Shown here one piece after another: positions 25,669 through 34,379 of a DNA stretch of 64,000 nt. The DNA comes from an uncultured Acidobacteriota bacterium (GTDB lineage: Bacteria > Acidobacteriota > Blastocatellia > RBC074), in contig CAWCKY010000003.1 of assembly GCA_963796275.1 (NCBI GenBank), positions 992,001-1,056,000 on the forward strand, written 5' to 3'. Each line of letters starts with the position of its first letter. The first letter of the stretch is position 1. The notes under the pieces are model-generated. The model did no database searches, was not told the origin of the DNA, and worked only from the letters and a program-made list of their open reading frames with translations. A program made the translations under genes and the position numbers.

Positions 25669-26004
25669 ATGGCAAAAGTTCAAAACCAGAACACACAAAT
25701 AAAGAAAAAACAAAAGAGGGACGAGGAGGAGGATGTGCTAGTCGGTCGTGTTAAGAAGGTGGTCAAAAAATCGAGGCGCAAGCTGAGCGAGGAGAAGTTC
25801 GAAAAACAACTGCAGCGGACCATCATTTTCCTTGAAGAACTGCAGACGAAGCTGAACGACACGCAAGATTCGGTAGCTGAACCGGGAAATAAAAAGCCGG
25901 AGTCCGATCGAAAAGCGAGACAGGACAGCGTGCATAAACGAAACAAAACATCCACTACACCCGTGAAACAGGCGGCAAAAGCTACAACGAAATCCGCCAA
26001 GTAG
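25669..26004 (+). CDS. Lys-rich hypothetical protein
   Basis: GAGAGG RBS, highly basic low-complexity ORF. Confidence 0.6.
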   Translation: MAKVQNQNTQIKKKQKRDEEEDVLVGRVKKVVKKSRRKLSEEKFEKQLQRTIIFLEELQTKLNDTQDSVAEPGNKKPESDRKARQDSVHKRNKTSTTPVKQAAKATTKSAK

Positions 26005-26104
26005 TAGCTGATACAGCAAGTCGCGAAATTGACAGCTCTTTCGATTGCGTGATACTTTGGCTCTTCTTTACACCCTATCCGGTTGAAACAGGAGCCATTC
26101 TCTG

Positions 26105-26743
26105 ATGGATTTAAACCCCGGCAAAATACTGATCTGGTTTGCAATCTTCTTGTTGTCTCTCACCGTGCACGAGTGCGCGCACGCATTTGCCGCCGAGAAA
26201 TCGGGCGACCCGACAGGACGGTACCTGGGTCGGATTACGCTCAATCCGATACCGCACATCGATATTTTGGGGACCGTTATCTTTCCCCTGATCGCATTCA
26301 CGTCCGGCGCCATGATGTTCGGCTGGGCCAAACCTGTTCCGTTCAATCCCATGAATCTGCGCGACAGGCGATGGGGCGAGATATTCATCGCACTGGCGGG
26401 GCCATTCAGCAATATCCTGCTCGTGATTTTATTCATGATCATCACCAAGGTGGTTCTTCCGGATCCGCTGATGCTGCTTGATGACGGTGATCCGGTGGCA
26501 ATGGTGCTTAATACGGGGATTACACTCAACATCGTCCTGGCGGTCTTCAATCTGATCCCGATTCCACCGCTAGATGGCCATCATGTATTGCGCAATCTGT
26601 TGCCTGATAGTCTGGCTGAGGCTTATGCGCAGATTCCGGATATGGTGGGATTTGCCGTCCTGATGTTGCTCATCTATTTGGGATTTACTTCGATGCTTAT
26701 CAGACCGGTCATCCAAATGGTATACACGCTGTTGTTGCTCTGA
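26105..26743 (+). CDS. Site-2 protease (M50)
   Basis: HECAH, AGPFSN, NLIPIPPLDG. Confidence 0.92.
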   Translation: MDLNPGKILIWFAIFLLSLTVHECAHAFAAEKSGDPTGRYLGRITLNPIPHIDILGTVIFPLIAFTSGAMMFGWAKPVPFNPMNLRDRRWGEIFIALAGPFSNILLVILFMIITKVVLPDPLMLLDDGDPVAMVLNTGITLNIVLAVFNLIPIPPLDGHHVLRNLLPDSLAEAYAQIPDMVGFAVLMLLIYLGFTSMLIRPVIQMVYTLLLL

Positions 26744-26783
26744 CCTATTCAAGCGGTTCTCCCCGGCTATCCGATCGAAACCT

Positions 26784-27767
26784 ATGAAACGAATCGTTAG
26801 CGGAATGCGCCCGACGGGTAAATTGCACCTGGGTAATTACGAGGGCGCGCTTAAAAACTGGGTAAAACTTCAAGACAGCTATGAGTCTTACTATTTTATC
26901 GCCGATTGGCATGCCCTGACATCAGATTACGCCGACACGTCGACGATAAAAGAGAACACGATGTCGATGGTCACCGGTTTTCTGGCGGCGGGCCTCGATC
27001 CGAAGAAATGCACGATTTTTCTGCAATCGCTCGTTCCCGAACACGCGGAACTGCACATCTACTTTTCTGCGGTCACGCCGCTCGGCTGGCTGGAGCGCGT
27101 CCCTACTTATAAAGAGCAGCGCGAGAACATCGCCGATAAGGACCTGGGCAATTACGCTTTTCTGGGTTACCCGGTGCTGCAGGCTGCGGATATTTGTATG
27201 TACAGGGCGAACTACGTTCCGGTCGGAAACGATCAGGCCGCGCACGTCGAGCTGACGCGCGAGATCGTCCGCCGCTTCAACAATTTCTACGGCGAAGTCT
27301 TTCCCGAACCGGAAGCTTTGCACACCGAGGTCCTGACGCTCGTCGGCACCGATGGGCGCAAGATGTCGAAAAGCTATAACAACACGATCGACCTCTCCGA
27401 TTCACCCGATGTGATCCGCACTAAAGTACGCAAAATGATTACCGACCGCACCCGCATAAAACGCTCAGATCCCGGCCATCCGGAGGACTGTGATGTATGC
27501 AAGATGCATCGGTTGTTCGTGCCCGCTGCAGTGGCGGATAAATTCGATGAAGATTGCCGCAATGCTCTTATCGGCTGCGTGGATCGCAAGGGAGCGCTGG
27601 CAGATGCCTTGATCGAATACCTCGCGCCGGTTACTGAAAGGTTTAATTATTACCGCAACCATCAGGATGAAGTGCGCGACGTCATCATCGAAGGTTCGAA
27701 GCGCGCGCGCGGGGAGGCAGCTCGGGTGATGGCCGATGTCAGAAGGGCGATGAAGATAGATTGGTAA
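26784..27767 (+). CDS. trpS: Tryptophan-tRNA ligase
   Basis: SGMRPTGKLHLGN, YPVLQAAD, KMSKS. Confidence 0.96.
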   Translation: MKRIVSGMRPTGKLHLGNYEGALKNWVKLQDSYESYYFIADWHALTSDYADTSTIKENTMSMVTGFLAAGLDPKKCTIFLQSLVPEHAELHIYFSAVTPLGWLERVPTYKEQRENIADKDLGNYAFLGYPVLQAADICMYRANYVPVGNDQAAHVELTREIVRRFNNFYGEVFPEPEALHTEVLTLVGTDGRKMSKSYNNTIDLSDSPDVIRTKVRKMITDRTRIKRSDPGHPEDCDVCKMHRLFVPAAVADKFDEDCRNALIGCVDRKGALADALIEYLAPVTERFNYYRNHQDEVRDVIIEGSKRARGEAARVMADVRRAMKIDW

Positions 27768-27826
27768 GTCCGTTCCGGAATCCAGCGACTTTCTGCAAGC
27801 GGGCTCCAGACCCAAATTCTCTATAA

Positions 27827-28645
27827 ATGTCGAAACATCAAACTGACAAAAAGCAAGTTAAGACAGGCACCGCGGTTGCCGAGGGACCGGAACTCGAAGA
27901 CGAGACTCGGCGCGATAGTTATCGCGTGAGGTTGGAGGTTTTCGAAGGGCCGCTCGATCTCCTCTTGTATCTGATCAAGAAAGACGAGATAGACATCTAC
28001 GACATTCCGATCTCGCATATAACCGAGCAATACCTCGAATACCTTCGCCTCCTGGAGCAGTTGGACATCGCCGTTGCCGGCGATTTTCTGGTCATGGCAT
28101 CGACCTTGATCTACATCAAGTCGAAGATGCTGCTGCCTCCTTCACCGACGGCCGATGGCGAAGAAGATCTGAACGAAGACCCGCGCACGGAGCTGGTCGA
28201 GAGACTGCTCGAATACCAGAAATTCAAGTCTGCCGCTAATATGCTCTATTCTCGCGGAGAGATCGAATCGGCTTGTTATACGCGCGGCACGATCGAAACC
28301 GACGATAACAATCCGGAAGTCTCGGCCACCTTATTCGACCTGCTGAGAGTATTTCGCGAAATTCTCAAGCGCGCTGAATCGGCCGTCGAGATGGAGATAC
28401 AGCGCGACGAGATGACGATGGCCGAGAAGCTTCAGCAGATCGATCGGCTGCTGTCCGATAACGGTGAGATCAATGTCCGCATACTTTTCGAGACGGCACG
28501 CTCGAAACGCGAATTGATCCTGACTTTTCTGGCTTTTCTGGAAATGGTGAAAGCTATGAAGATCAGTCTTATCCAGCGCGAACTCTTCGGCGAGATTTTC
28601 GCAATCAAGCGTGTTGCGAATGAAGGGACAGAAGAAGCTGTATGA
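27827..28645 (+). CDS. scpA: Segregation/condensation protein A
   Basis: FEGPLDLLLYLI, IKSKMLLP, FLAFLE. Confidence 0.95.
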   Translation: MSKHQTDKKQVKTGTAVAEGPELEDETRRDSYRVRLEVFEGPLDLLLYLIKKDEIDIYDIPISHITEQYLEYLRLLEQLDIAVAGDFLVMASTLIYIKSKMLLPPSPTADGEEDLNEDPRTELVERLLEYQKFKSAANMLYSRGEIESACYTRGTIETDDNNPEVSATLFDLLRVFREILKRAESAVEMEIQRDEMTMAEKLQQIDRLLSDNGEINVRILFETARSKRELILTFLAFLEMVKAMKISLIQRELFGEIFAIKRVANEGTEEAV

Positions 28646-30747
28646 CCGACGAAAACCATCAGGAAGAACTAACAGTAGCCTCACCGGAAGCGACCGAAAT
28701 CTTCGAAGAATCATCAAATGATGGCGTCATCATGCCGACAGCAGATGACAGAGCAGAGGCGCCGCCGGAAGAAGAGAGATTGATTGCCGATGCTGATGAT
28801 AAATGGCTTGGAGAAGAGATTGGGGCAGCAATACGAGAGGAAACCGTATTTGATGAAGCGGTTGCCTTTATCTCGGCGATTCCTGCAGGTCAAACAGATG
28901 ACGAGATAAACGCGATGCAGGAAGAGATCGAGCCTGCGAGTGATGGCGTTATCGAGCTGGCGGTGGAGGACTGGACAGAATCGCTGTTGGAAGAAGAGAG
29001 ACTGATCGCCGATGCTGATGATAAATGGCTTGGAGATGAGATTGGGGCAGAAATACGAGATGAAACAGTATTTGATGAAGCGGTTGCCTTTATCTCGGCG
29101 ATTCCTGCAGGTCAAACAAATGACGAGGTAAACGCGATGCAGGAAGAGATCGAGCCTGCGAATGATGGCGTCATCGAGCTGGCGGCGGAGGACGGGACAG
29201 AAACGCTGTCGGAAGAAGAGAGATTGACCGCAGATGATATCGAACTAGGAGAGGAGATAGAAGGGGCGAAAGGAGAAGAAACGGCATCGGACGAAGGGGT
29301 TGCCTTTATCTCAGGGGGACGCGCGTGGCAAACCGATGACGAGATAAACGCGATGCAGGAAGAGATCGAGCCTGCGAGTGATGGCGTCATCGAGCTGGCG
29401 GCGGAGGACTGGACAGAATCGCTGTTGGAAGAAGAGAGACTGATCGCCGATGCTGATGATAAATGGCTTGGAGATGAGATTGGGGCAGCAATACGAGAGG
29501 AAACAGTATTGGATGAAGCGGTTGCCTTTATCTCGGCGATTCCTGCAGGTCAAACAGATGACGAGATAAACGCGATGCAGGAAGAGATCGAGCCTGCGAG
29601 TGATGGCGTCATCGAGCTGGCGGCGGAGGACAGGACAGAAACGCTGTCGGAAGAAGAGAGACTGATCGCCGATGATATCGAGCTAGAAGAAGAGATAGAA
29701 GGGGCGATAGGAGTAGAAACGGCATCGGACGAAGGGGTTGCCTTTATCTCGGCGGTGCCTGCAGGTCAAACCGATGACGAGATAAACGCGATGCAGGAAG
29801 AGATCGAGCCTGCGAATGATAGCGTCATCGAGCTGGCAGCGGAGGACAGGACAGAAACGCTGTCGGAAGAAGAGAGACTGATCGCAGATGATATCGAGCT
29901 AGGAGAAGAGATAGAGGGGGCGATAGGAGAAGAAACGGCATCGGAGGATGGGGTTGCCTTTATCTCGGCAGTACACGTGGGGCAAACCGATAACGAGATA
30001 AACGCGATGCAGGAGGAGATCGAGCCTGCGAATGATGGCGTCATCGAGCTGGCTGCGGAGGACGGGACAGAGACGCTGTCGGAAGAAGAGAGACTGGTCG
30101 CCGATGATATCGAGCTAGGAGAAGAGATAGAGGGGGCGGTAGGAGAAGAAACGGCATCGGACGAAGAGGTTGCCATTATCTCGGTACCCGCGAGTCAATC
30201 TGATGACGAAATAACAGCTACCCGAGAGGAGATCAAGCCTGCGATTGAAGCTTTGCTCTTTGTAGCCGAAGAGCCGTTGCCGTACAAAACCCTCTGCAAG
30301 CTTCTGGGTGAGGTGAGCGAAGACGATGTGAGAGCGGCGCTCGATGAGTTGGTGGCTGATTACGAGGCGCGCAATGGCGGGTTGGAGATCCGCGAGATCG
30401 CCGGCGGCTGGCGCATCTCGACGCGCCCGCAAAGTCACGACTTCATCCGTAAATACTTGAAATCGCGGCCATCGGCGCGGTTGTCGCTTCCGGCGCTCGA
30501 GACGCTCGCAGTTATTGCTTATAAGCAACCGATCACCATTCCCGAGATCCTCGAGATTCGCGGCGTCACCTCGAGCTCGGCTATCAAGACGTTGCTCGAA
30601 AAACGATTGATAGTAACGAAGGGAAGAAAAGAGACGGTAGGGCGGCCGATGTTGTATGGCACTTCGAAAGAGTTCCTTATACAGTTCGGACTGAAAGACC
30701 TCACGGAATTGCCTAGCATGGAAGATTTTGAAGATTTAGCTCAATAA
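28642..30747 (+). CDS. scpB: SMC-Scp subunit ScpB with long acidic repeat N-terminus
   Basis: IEALLF, ALETLAVIAYKQP, IRGV, GRPMLYGT, FGL-LP; ATGA overlap with scpA stop. Confidence 0.93.
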   Translation: MTDENHQEELTVASPEATEIFEESSNDGVIMPTADDRAEAPPEEERLIADADDKWLGEEIGAAIREETVFDEAVAFISAIPAGQTDDEINAMQEEIEPASDGVIELAVEDWTESLLEEERLIADADDKWLGDEIGAEIRDETVFDEAVAFISAIPAGQTNDEVNAMQEEIEPANDGVIELAAEDGTETLSEEERLTADDIELGEEIEGAKGEETASDEGVAFISGGRAWQTDDEINAMQEEIEPASDGVIELAAEDWTESLLEEERLIADADDKWLGDEIGAAIREETVLDEAVAFISAIPAGQTDDEINAMQEEIEPASDGVIELAAEDRTETLSEEERLIADDIELEEEIEGAIGVETASDEGVAFISAVPAGQTDDEINAMQEEIEPANDSVIELAAEDRTETLSEEERLIADDIELGEEIEGAIGEETASEDGVAFISAVHVGQTDNEINAMQEEIEPANDGVIELAAEDGTETLSEEERLVADDIELGEEIEGAVGEETASDEEVAIISVPASQSDDEITATREEIKPAIEALLFVAEEPLPYKTLCKLLGEVSEDDVRAALDELVADYEARNGGLEIREIAGGWRISTRPQSHDFIRKYLKSRPSARLSLPALETLAVIAYKQPITIPEILEIRGVTSSSAIKTLLEKRLIVTKGRKETVGRPMLYGTSKEFLIQFGLKDLTELPSMEDFEDLAQ
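28717..30243 (+). repeat. Seven in-frame tandem repeats (213-222 bp) inside scpB
   Basis: Units xDGVI...EEIEPA; 3x74 aa, 3x72 aa, 1x71 aa = 509 aa. Confidence 0.95.
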
Positions 30748-30919
30748 ACAGAAGGAAAGCGATAGGGGGTAAGATACAAGAAGGCACGGGGCGCCTTTTT
30801 TTCTAATTTTGCTCCTTGTAAGCCATTTTTATTTCCTACTCGACATCCCTCGATTCGATAATAGGAATTGAAGATGTAAAATCACCAAATTCCCCCTCAC
30901 ACCAATTCCGATTTTGCAT

Positions 30920-32203
30920 ATGAATATGAATAAAATAGCAAAGATTGTTCCGGGATTTCTGCTGATAATTCATAGTTTGTTAGCGCTCGCCGCTGACAAT
31001 TGGACGCAATTCCGCGGGCCTGAGGGAACGGGCCATTCCGATGCTCGCGATCTCCCGCTCAATTGGAGTGAGACCAGTAATGTCGTTTGGAAGACCGCGA
31101 TTCACGACCGCGGTTGGTCCTCACCCGTAATCTATGGCAATCAGATATGGTTGACCACCTCGACGCCGGACGGTCGCAAACTCTACGCCGTCTGCATCGA
31201 TCGTGAAACCGGGCGAGTCATTCGTGACATGAAACTTTTCGATGTCGCCCAACCTCAATACGCCCATCCATTCAATACTTATGCCTCGCCCACTCCGGTT
31301 ATCGAAGCGGGGCGCGTTTACATCACGTTCGGCTCTCCCGGAACCGCGTGTATAGATACGAAGAGCTTTCAAGTGATCTGGGAACGGCGCGATATGGAGT
31401 GCAATCATTTTCGGGGAGCCGGCTCATCGCCCATTATTTTCCAGGACCTGCTCATAATGAATTTCGACGGGAGCGATCATCAATTCGTTACGGCACTCGA
31501 TAAACGCACCGGTAAAACAGTCTGGCGTACCAATCGATCGATCGATTTTCAAGACCTAGAACCCAGTGGGAAGCCGGCGGCCGATGGAGATTTTCGTAAA
31601 GCCTTCGCCACGCCGCACGTCACAATGATCAATGGCAAATGGGAACTGATCAGCCTCGGTGCCAAGGCCGCGTATTCTTACAACCCACTCAATGGCGAGG
31701 AGCTCTGGCGAGTGGAAGAGCGCGCCCAGCATTCGGCGAGCACCCGTCCCGTGATTGGATTCGGTATGATCTTTTTCCCGACGGGATTTTCGGCCGGCCA
31801 GTTATTAGCCGTCCGCACGGGCGGCAAGGGACTGATTACTGATACACATGTCGCCTGGAGAATGAAGCGGGGCGTATCGAATAAACCCTCCCTCCTTCTT
31901 ATCGGTGAACTGATCTATATGGTCAGCGATGCCGGTATAATCAGTTGCGTTGAGGCGAAGACCGGGGAGCTGGTCTGGCAGAAGCGTATCGGAGGCGAAT
32001 ATTCCGCCTCGCCCGTCTATGCTGATGGGAAAGTCTGGTTCTTCAGCGAGGACGGGAAGGCCACGGTGATTCGTGCTGGGCGGACATTCGAACAACTGGC
32101 AGAAAATAAGCTCGATGAAGGTTTTCTAGCTTCACCGGCGATCGCGGGCAAGGCCTTTTTCCTACGCACCAGGACGCATCTTTATAGAATTGAAAAGAGG
32201 TGA
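30920..32203 (+). CDS. PQQ-like beta-propeller protein, exported
   Basis: WTQFRGP, GWSSPV, ASPTPV, repeated TG..W motifs. Confidence 0.88.
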   Translation: MNMNKIAKIVPGFLLIIHSLLALAADNWTQFRGPEGTGHSDARDLPLNWSETSNVVWKTAIHDRGWSSPVIYGNQIWLTTSTPDGRKLYAVCIDRETGRVIRDMKLFDVAQPQYAHPFNTYASPTPVIEAGRVYITFGSPGTACIDTKSFQVIWERRDMECNHFRGAGSSPIIFQDLLIMNFDGSDHQFVTALDKRTGKTVWRTNRSIDFQDLEPSGKPAADGDFRKAFATPHVTMINGKWELISLGAKAAYSYNPLNGEELWRVEERAQHSASTRPVIGFGMIFFPTGFSAGQLLAVRTGGKGLITDTHVAWRMKRGVSNKPSLLLIGELIYMVSDAGIISCVEAKTGELVWQKRIGGEYSASPVYADGKVWFFSEDGKATVIRAGRTFEQLAENKLDEGFLASPAIAGKAFFLRTRTHLYRIEKR

Positions 32204-32433
32204 AGAGCTCAACTTACAAACCTCGTTTGTGCAGCATCCGAGTATTCAAGCGACCGGTCAAGCTCGAGATCGCCAAAATCAAGGCCGGTTCGACCGGCTT
32301 CAGGATATGCATCTAGTAGCCGGAGTCCCCTGCAAAGGGTTTTCTGTGCAGTTATTCTCTGTCAGTCCTACGGCTGGCATCTGCCGCCCGTTATTAAGCT
32401 CTCAACCGCGGATTTATCCATTAGGTGATAGCA

Positions 32434-34020
32434 TTAGATATGCTCCCCTCTGCCCGGAGGCTCATGCGCGGCGATCGCGGGGAGATTGACAGTGAACGTA
32501 GCGCCCAGGCCCTGTCCGGGGCTTGTCGCCTTAATCGTTCCGCCGTGTAACTCAACCAGATGCTTGACCAACGCCAGCCCCAGGCCTAATCCGCCGTGAC
32601 GCCGAGTGCGTGATGTGTCCTCTTGAGTAAACCGCTCGAATACAAATGGCAGGAAATCCGCCGCGATCCCCTGGCCTGTATCGCTCACTATGAGCCTCAC
32701 CCCGGCATGTGTGCCGGCATGTGTGCGCTCGAGCCTGATCTCCACGAGCCCGTTTTCCGGCGTGAACTTGATCGCGTTGGTGAGCAGGTTCAAGACGACC
32801 TGTTGCAAACGCTCCGGGTCGCCGATTATTTGGCCGGCTTGTTGGTCGAGCTTCGGTTCCAGCGCTACACCTTTAGCCTCGGCGCCGGGGCGCACCACGT
32901 CGTGCGTCTTCAGGATCAAGGCTGCCAGGTCAAGCGGCTTGACTTCCAGCCGCAACTTCCCGGTGATGATGCGCGCAGTGTCGAGCAGATCGTCGATTAT
33001 AACTTTCTGGCGCTCGCCATTGGTGCGGATGACCTCCATGACGCGCTGAACCTCTTCCGGATCGAATTGTCTGTGTTTGCTGAAGAGGCGGGCGTAACCG
33101 AGCATCGCGTTGAGCGGCGAGCGTAGCTCGTGCGTTACTACAGCGAGGAATTCGTCTTTTGCGCGGTTGGCCTCTTCGGCCTGTTGCCGCGCAGCCTGCT
33201 CCTGCTCATAGAGTCTTTGTCTTTCAATCGCGACCGAAGCGGTTTGCGCCAACCGGGTCAGCAACGCCTCGTCCGAGGCTGTGAAATGGCCCTCGTATTT
33301 GCCGGTCAACCGCACTACTCCGACACACTCGCCATCTCCGCCGGTGAGCGGTGATTGAATGACATCCCTGGCCGTTTTCTGGTCGAGCCGTTCGCCACTA
33401 ATCGTTCGTCCCACATCTCTGCCGGCGATGAGATGAACGGCAGACTTTTGGGCGCCAATCAACTCGCGCGCTTTATCAGCGGTCAGTTGTAGAACATCTT
33501 CAGTCGTTTTCGCAGCGTTGATCTCGATCATCGACGTATTGAGTTGGCGAAGCTGTTCTGCCTGTCGCTGCTCTTCGGCAAGCAAGCGCTCCCGTTCTGC
33601 TTCGATCCGCTTACGCTCGGTGAGGTCTGTGACCATGGCGAAAAAGCCTTTGATTTCACCGTGATCGCCGATGTCGGGAATATAGTCTATCTGGACGTAG
33701 CGCTGACTAGCTTCTTTATAGTACACCGACCGCTCAAATGAGACCGGTTGGCCTGCCAGAACGGTCTCAACATAATGGAGGACCGATTGGTAAGACTTTC
33801 GGCCCAGAACTTCCTCCATGTGTTTTCCGCAAATATCGATGGGCACATGGCCGAACCAGTCAGTATAGGCTTTATTGCAGAAACGGTAGTAACGCCCGTT
33901 GTCTACATACGAAATGAGCGCGGGCAAGGCATCGGTAGTTTTGCGCATCAATTTGCCCATTTCCGGACCGAACCAGTTGTGGGCGGGTTGGAACTCCATA
34001 ACATCTTGTAGTTCGTCCAT
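32434..34020 (-). CDS. PAS-domain sensor histidine kinase
   Basis: PAS, THELRSPL H-box, NLLTNAIKFT, DTGQG, GLGLGL. Confidence 0.92.
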   Translation of the reverse strand: MDELQDVMEFQPAHNWFGPEMGKLMRKTTDALPALISYVDNGRYYRFCNKAYTDWFGHVPIDICGKHMEEVLGRKSYQSVLHYVETVLAGQPVSFERSVYYKEASQRYVQIDYIPDIGDHGEIKGFFAMVTDLTERKRIEAERERLLAEEQRQAEQLRQLNTSMIEINAAKTTEDVLQLTADKARELIGAQKSAVHLIAGRDVGRTISGERLDQKTARDVIQSPLTGGDGECVGVVRLTGKYEGHFTASDEALLTRLAQTASVAIERQRLYEQEQAARQQAEEANRAKDEFLAVVTHELRSPLNAMLGYARLFSKHRQFDPEEVQRVMEVIRTNGERQKVIIDDLLDTARIITGKLRLEVKPLDLAALILKTHDVVRPGAEAKGVALEPKLDQQAGQIIGDPERLQQVVLNLLTNAIKFTPENGLVEIRLERTHAGTHAGVRLIVSDTGQGIAADFLPFVFERFTQEDTSRTRRHGGLGLGLALVKHLVELHGGTIKATSPGQGLGATFTVNLPAIAAHEPPGRGEHI

Positions 34021-34379
34021 TAATCAGCTCCTTTCGATTCTAAATTTAGGCGCTGTCTATGCGGTTACAGCGACTGAGGGGAGAAGAGCCCTAGCTGGAT
34101 GCTTCTTTCGTGCAGGTTCAGGGACGCGGTCAGGCTAAATGCAGGGTGAGGGAGTAGAAATTCAAGCGAAATTATTTCGGATATTCTTACATCTATTTAT
34201 ATAACTGGTTATATAACTGTTATTTATATAACTTATACCTTCTTTTAAATCATCATTTCAGTCATCTCATAGTATTAGAAGGAGATCTTCAATGTCATCT
34301 TTTTATAGCACAGGATTATCATTGTGGGAAGCCACCAATTGATTTAGAGTGTTATTCATCGGGTTGTGGTAAAAAGCTG

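Noticed and set aside
28717-30243. CRISPR array
   Set aside because: Units are over 200 bp, contiguous, in frame, without unique spacers; no cas genes
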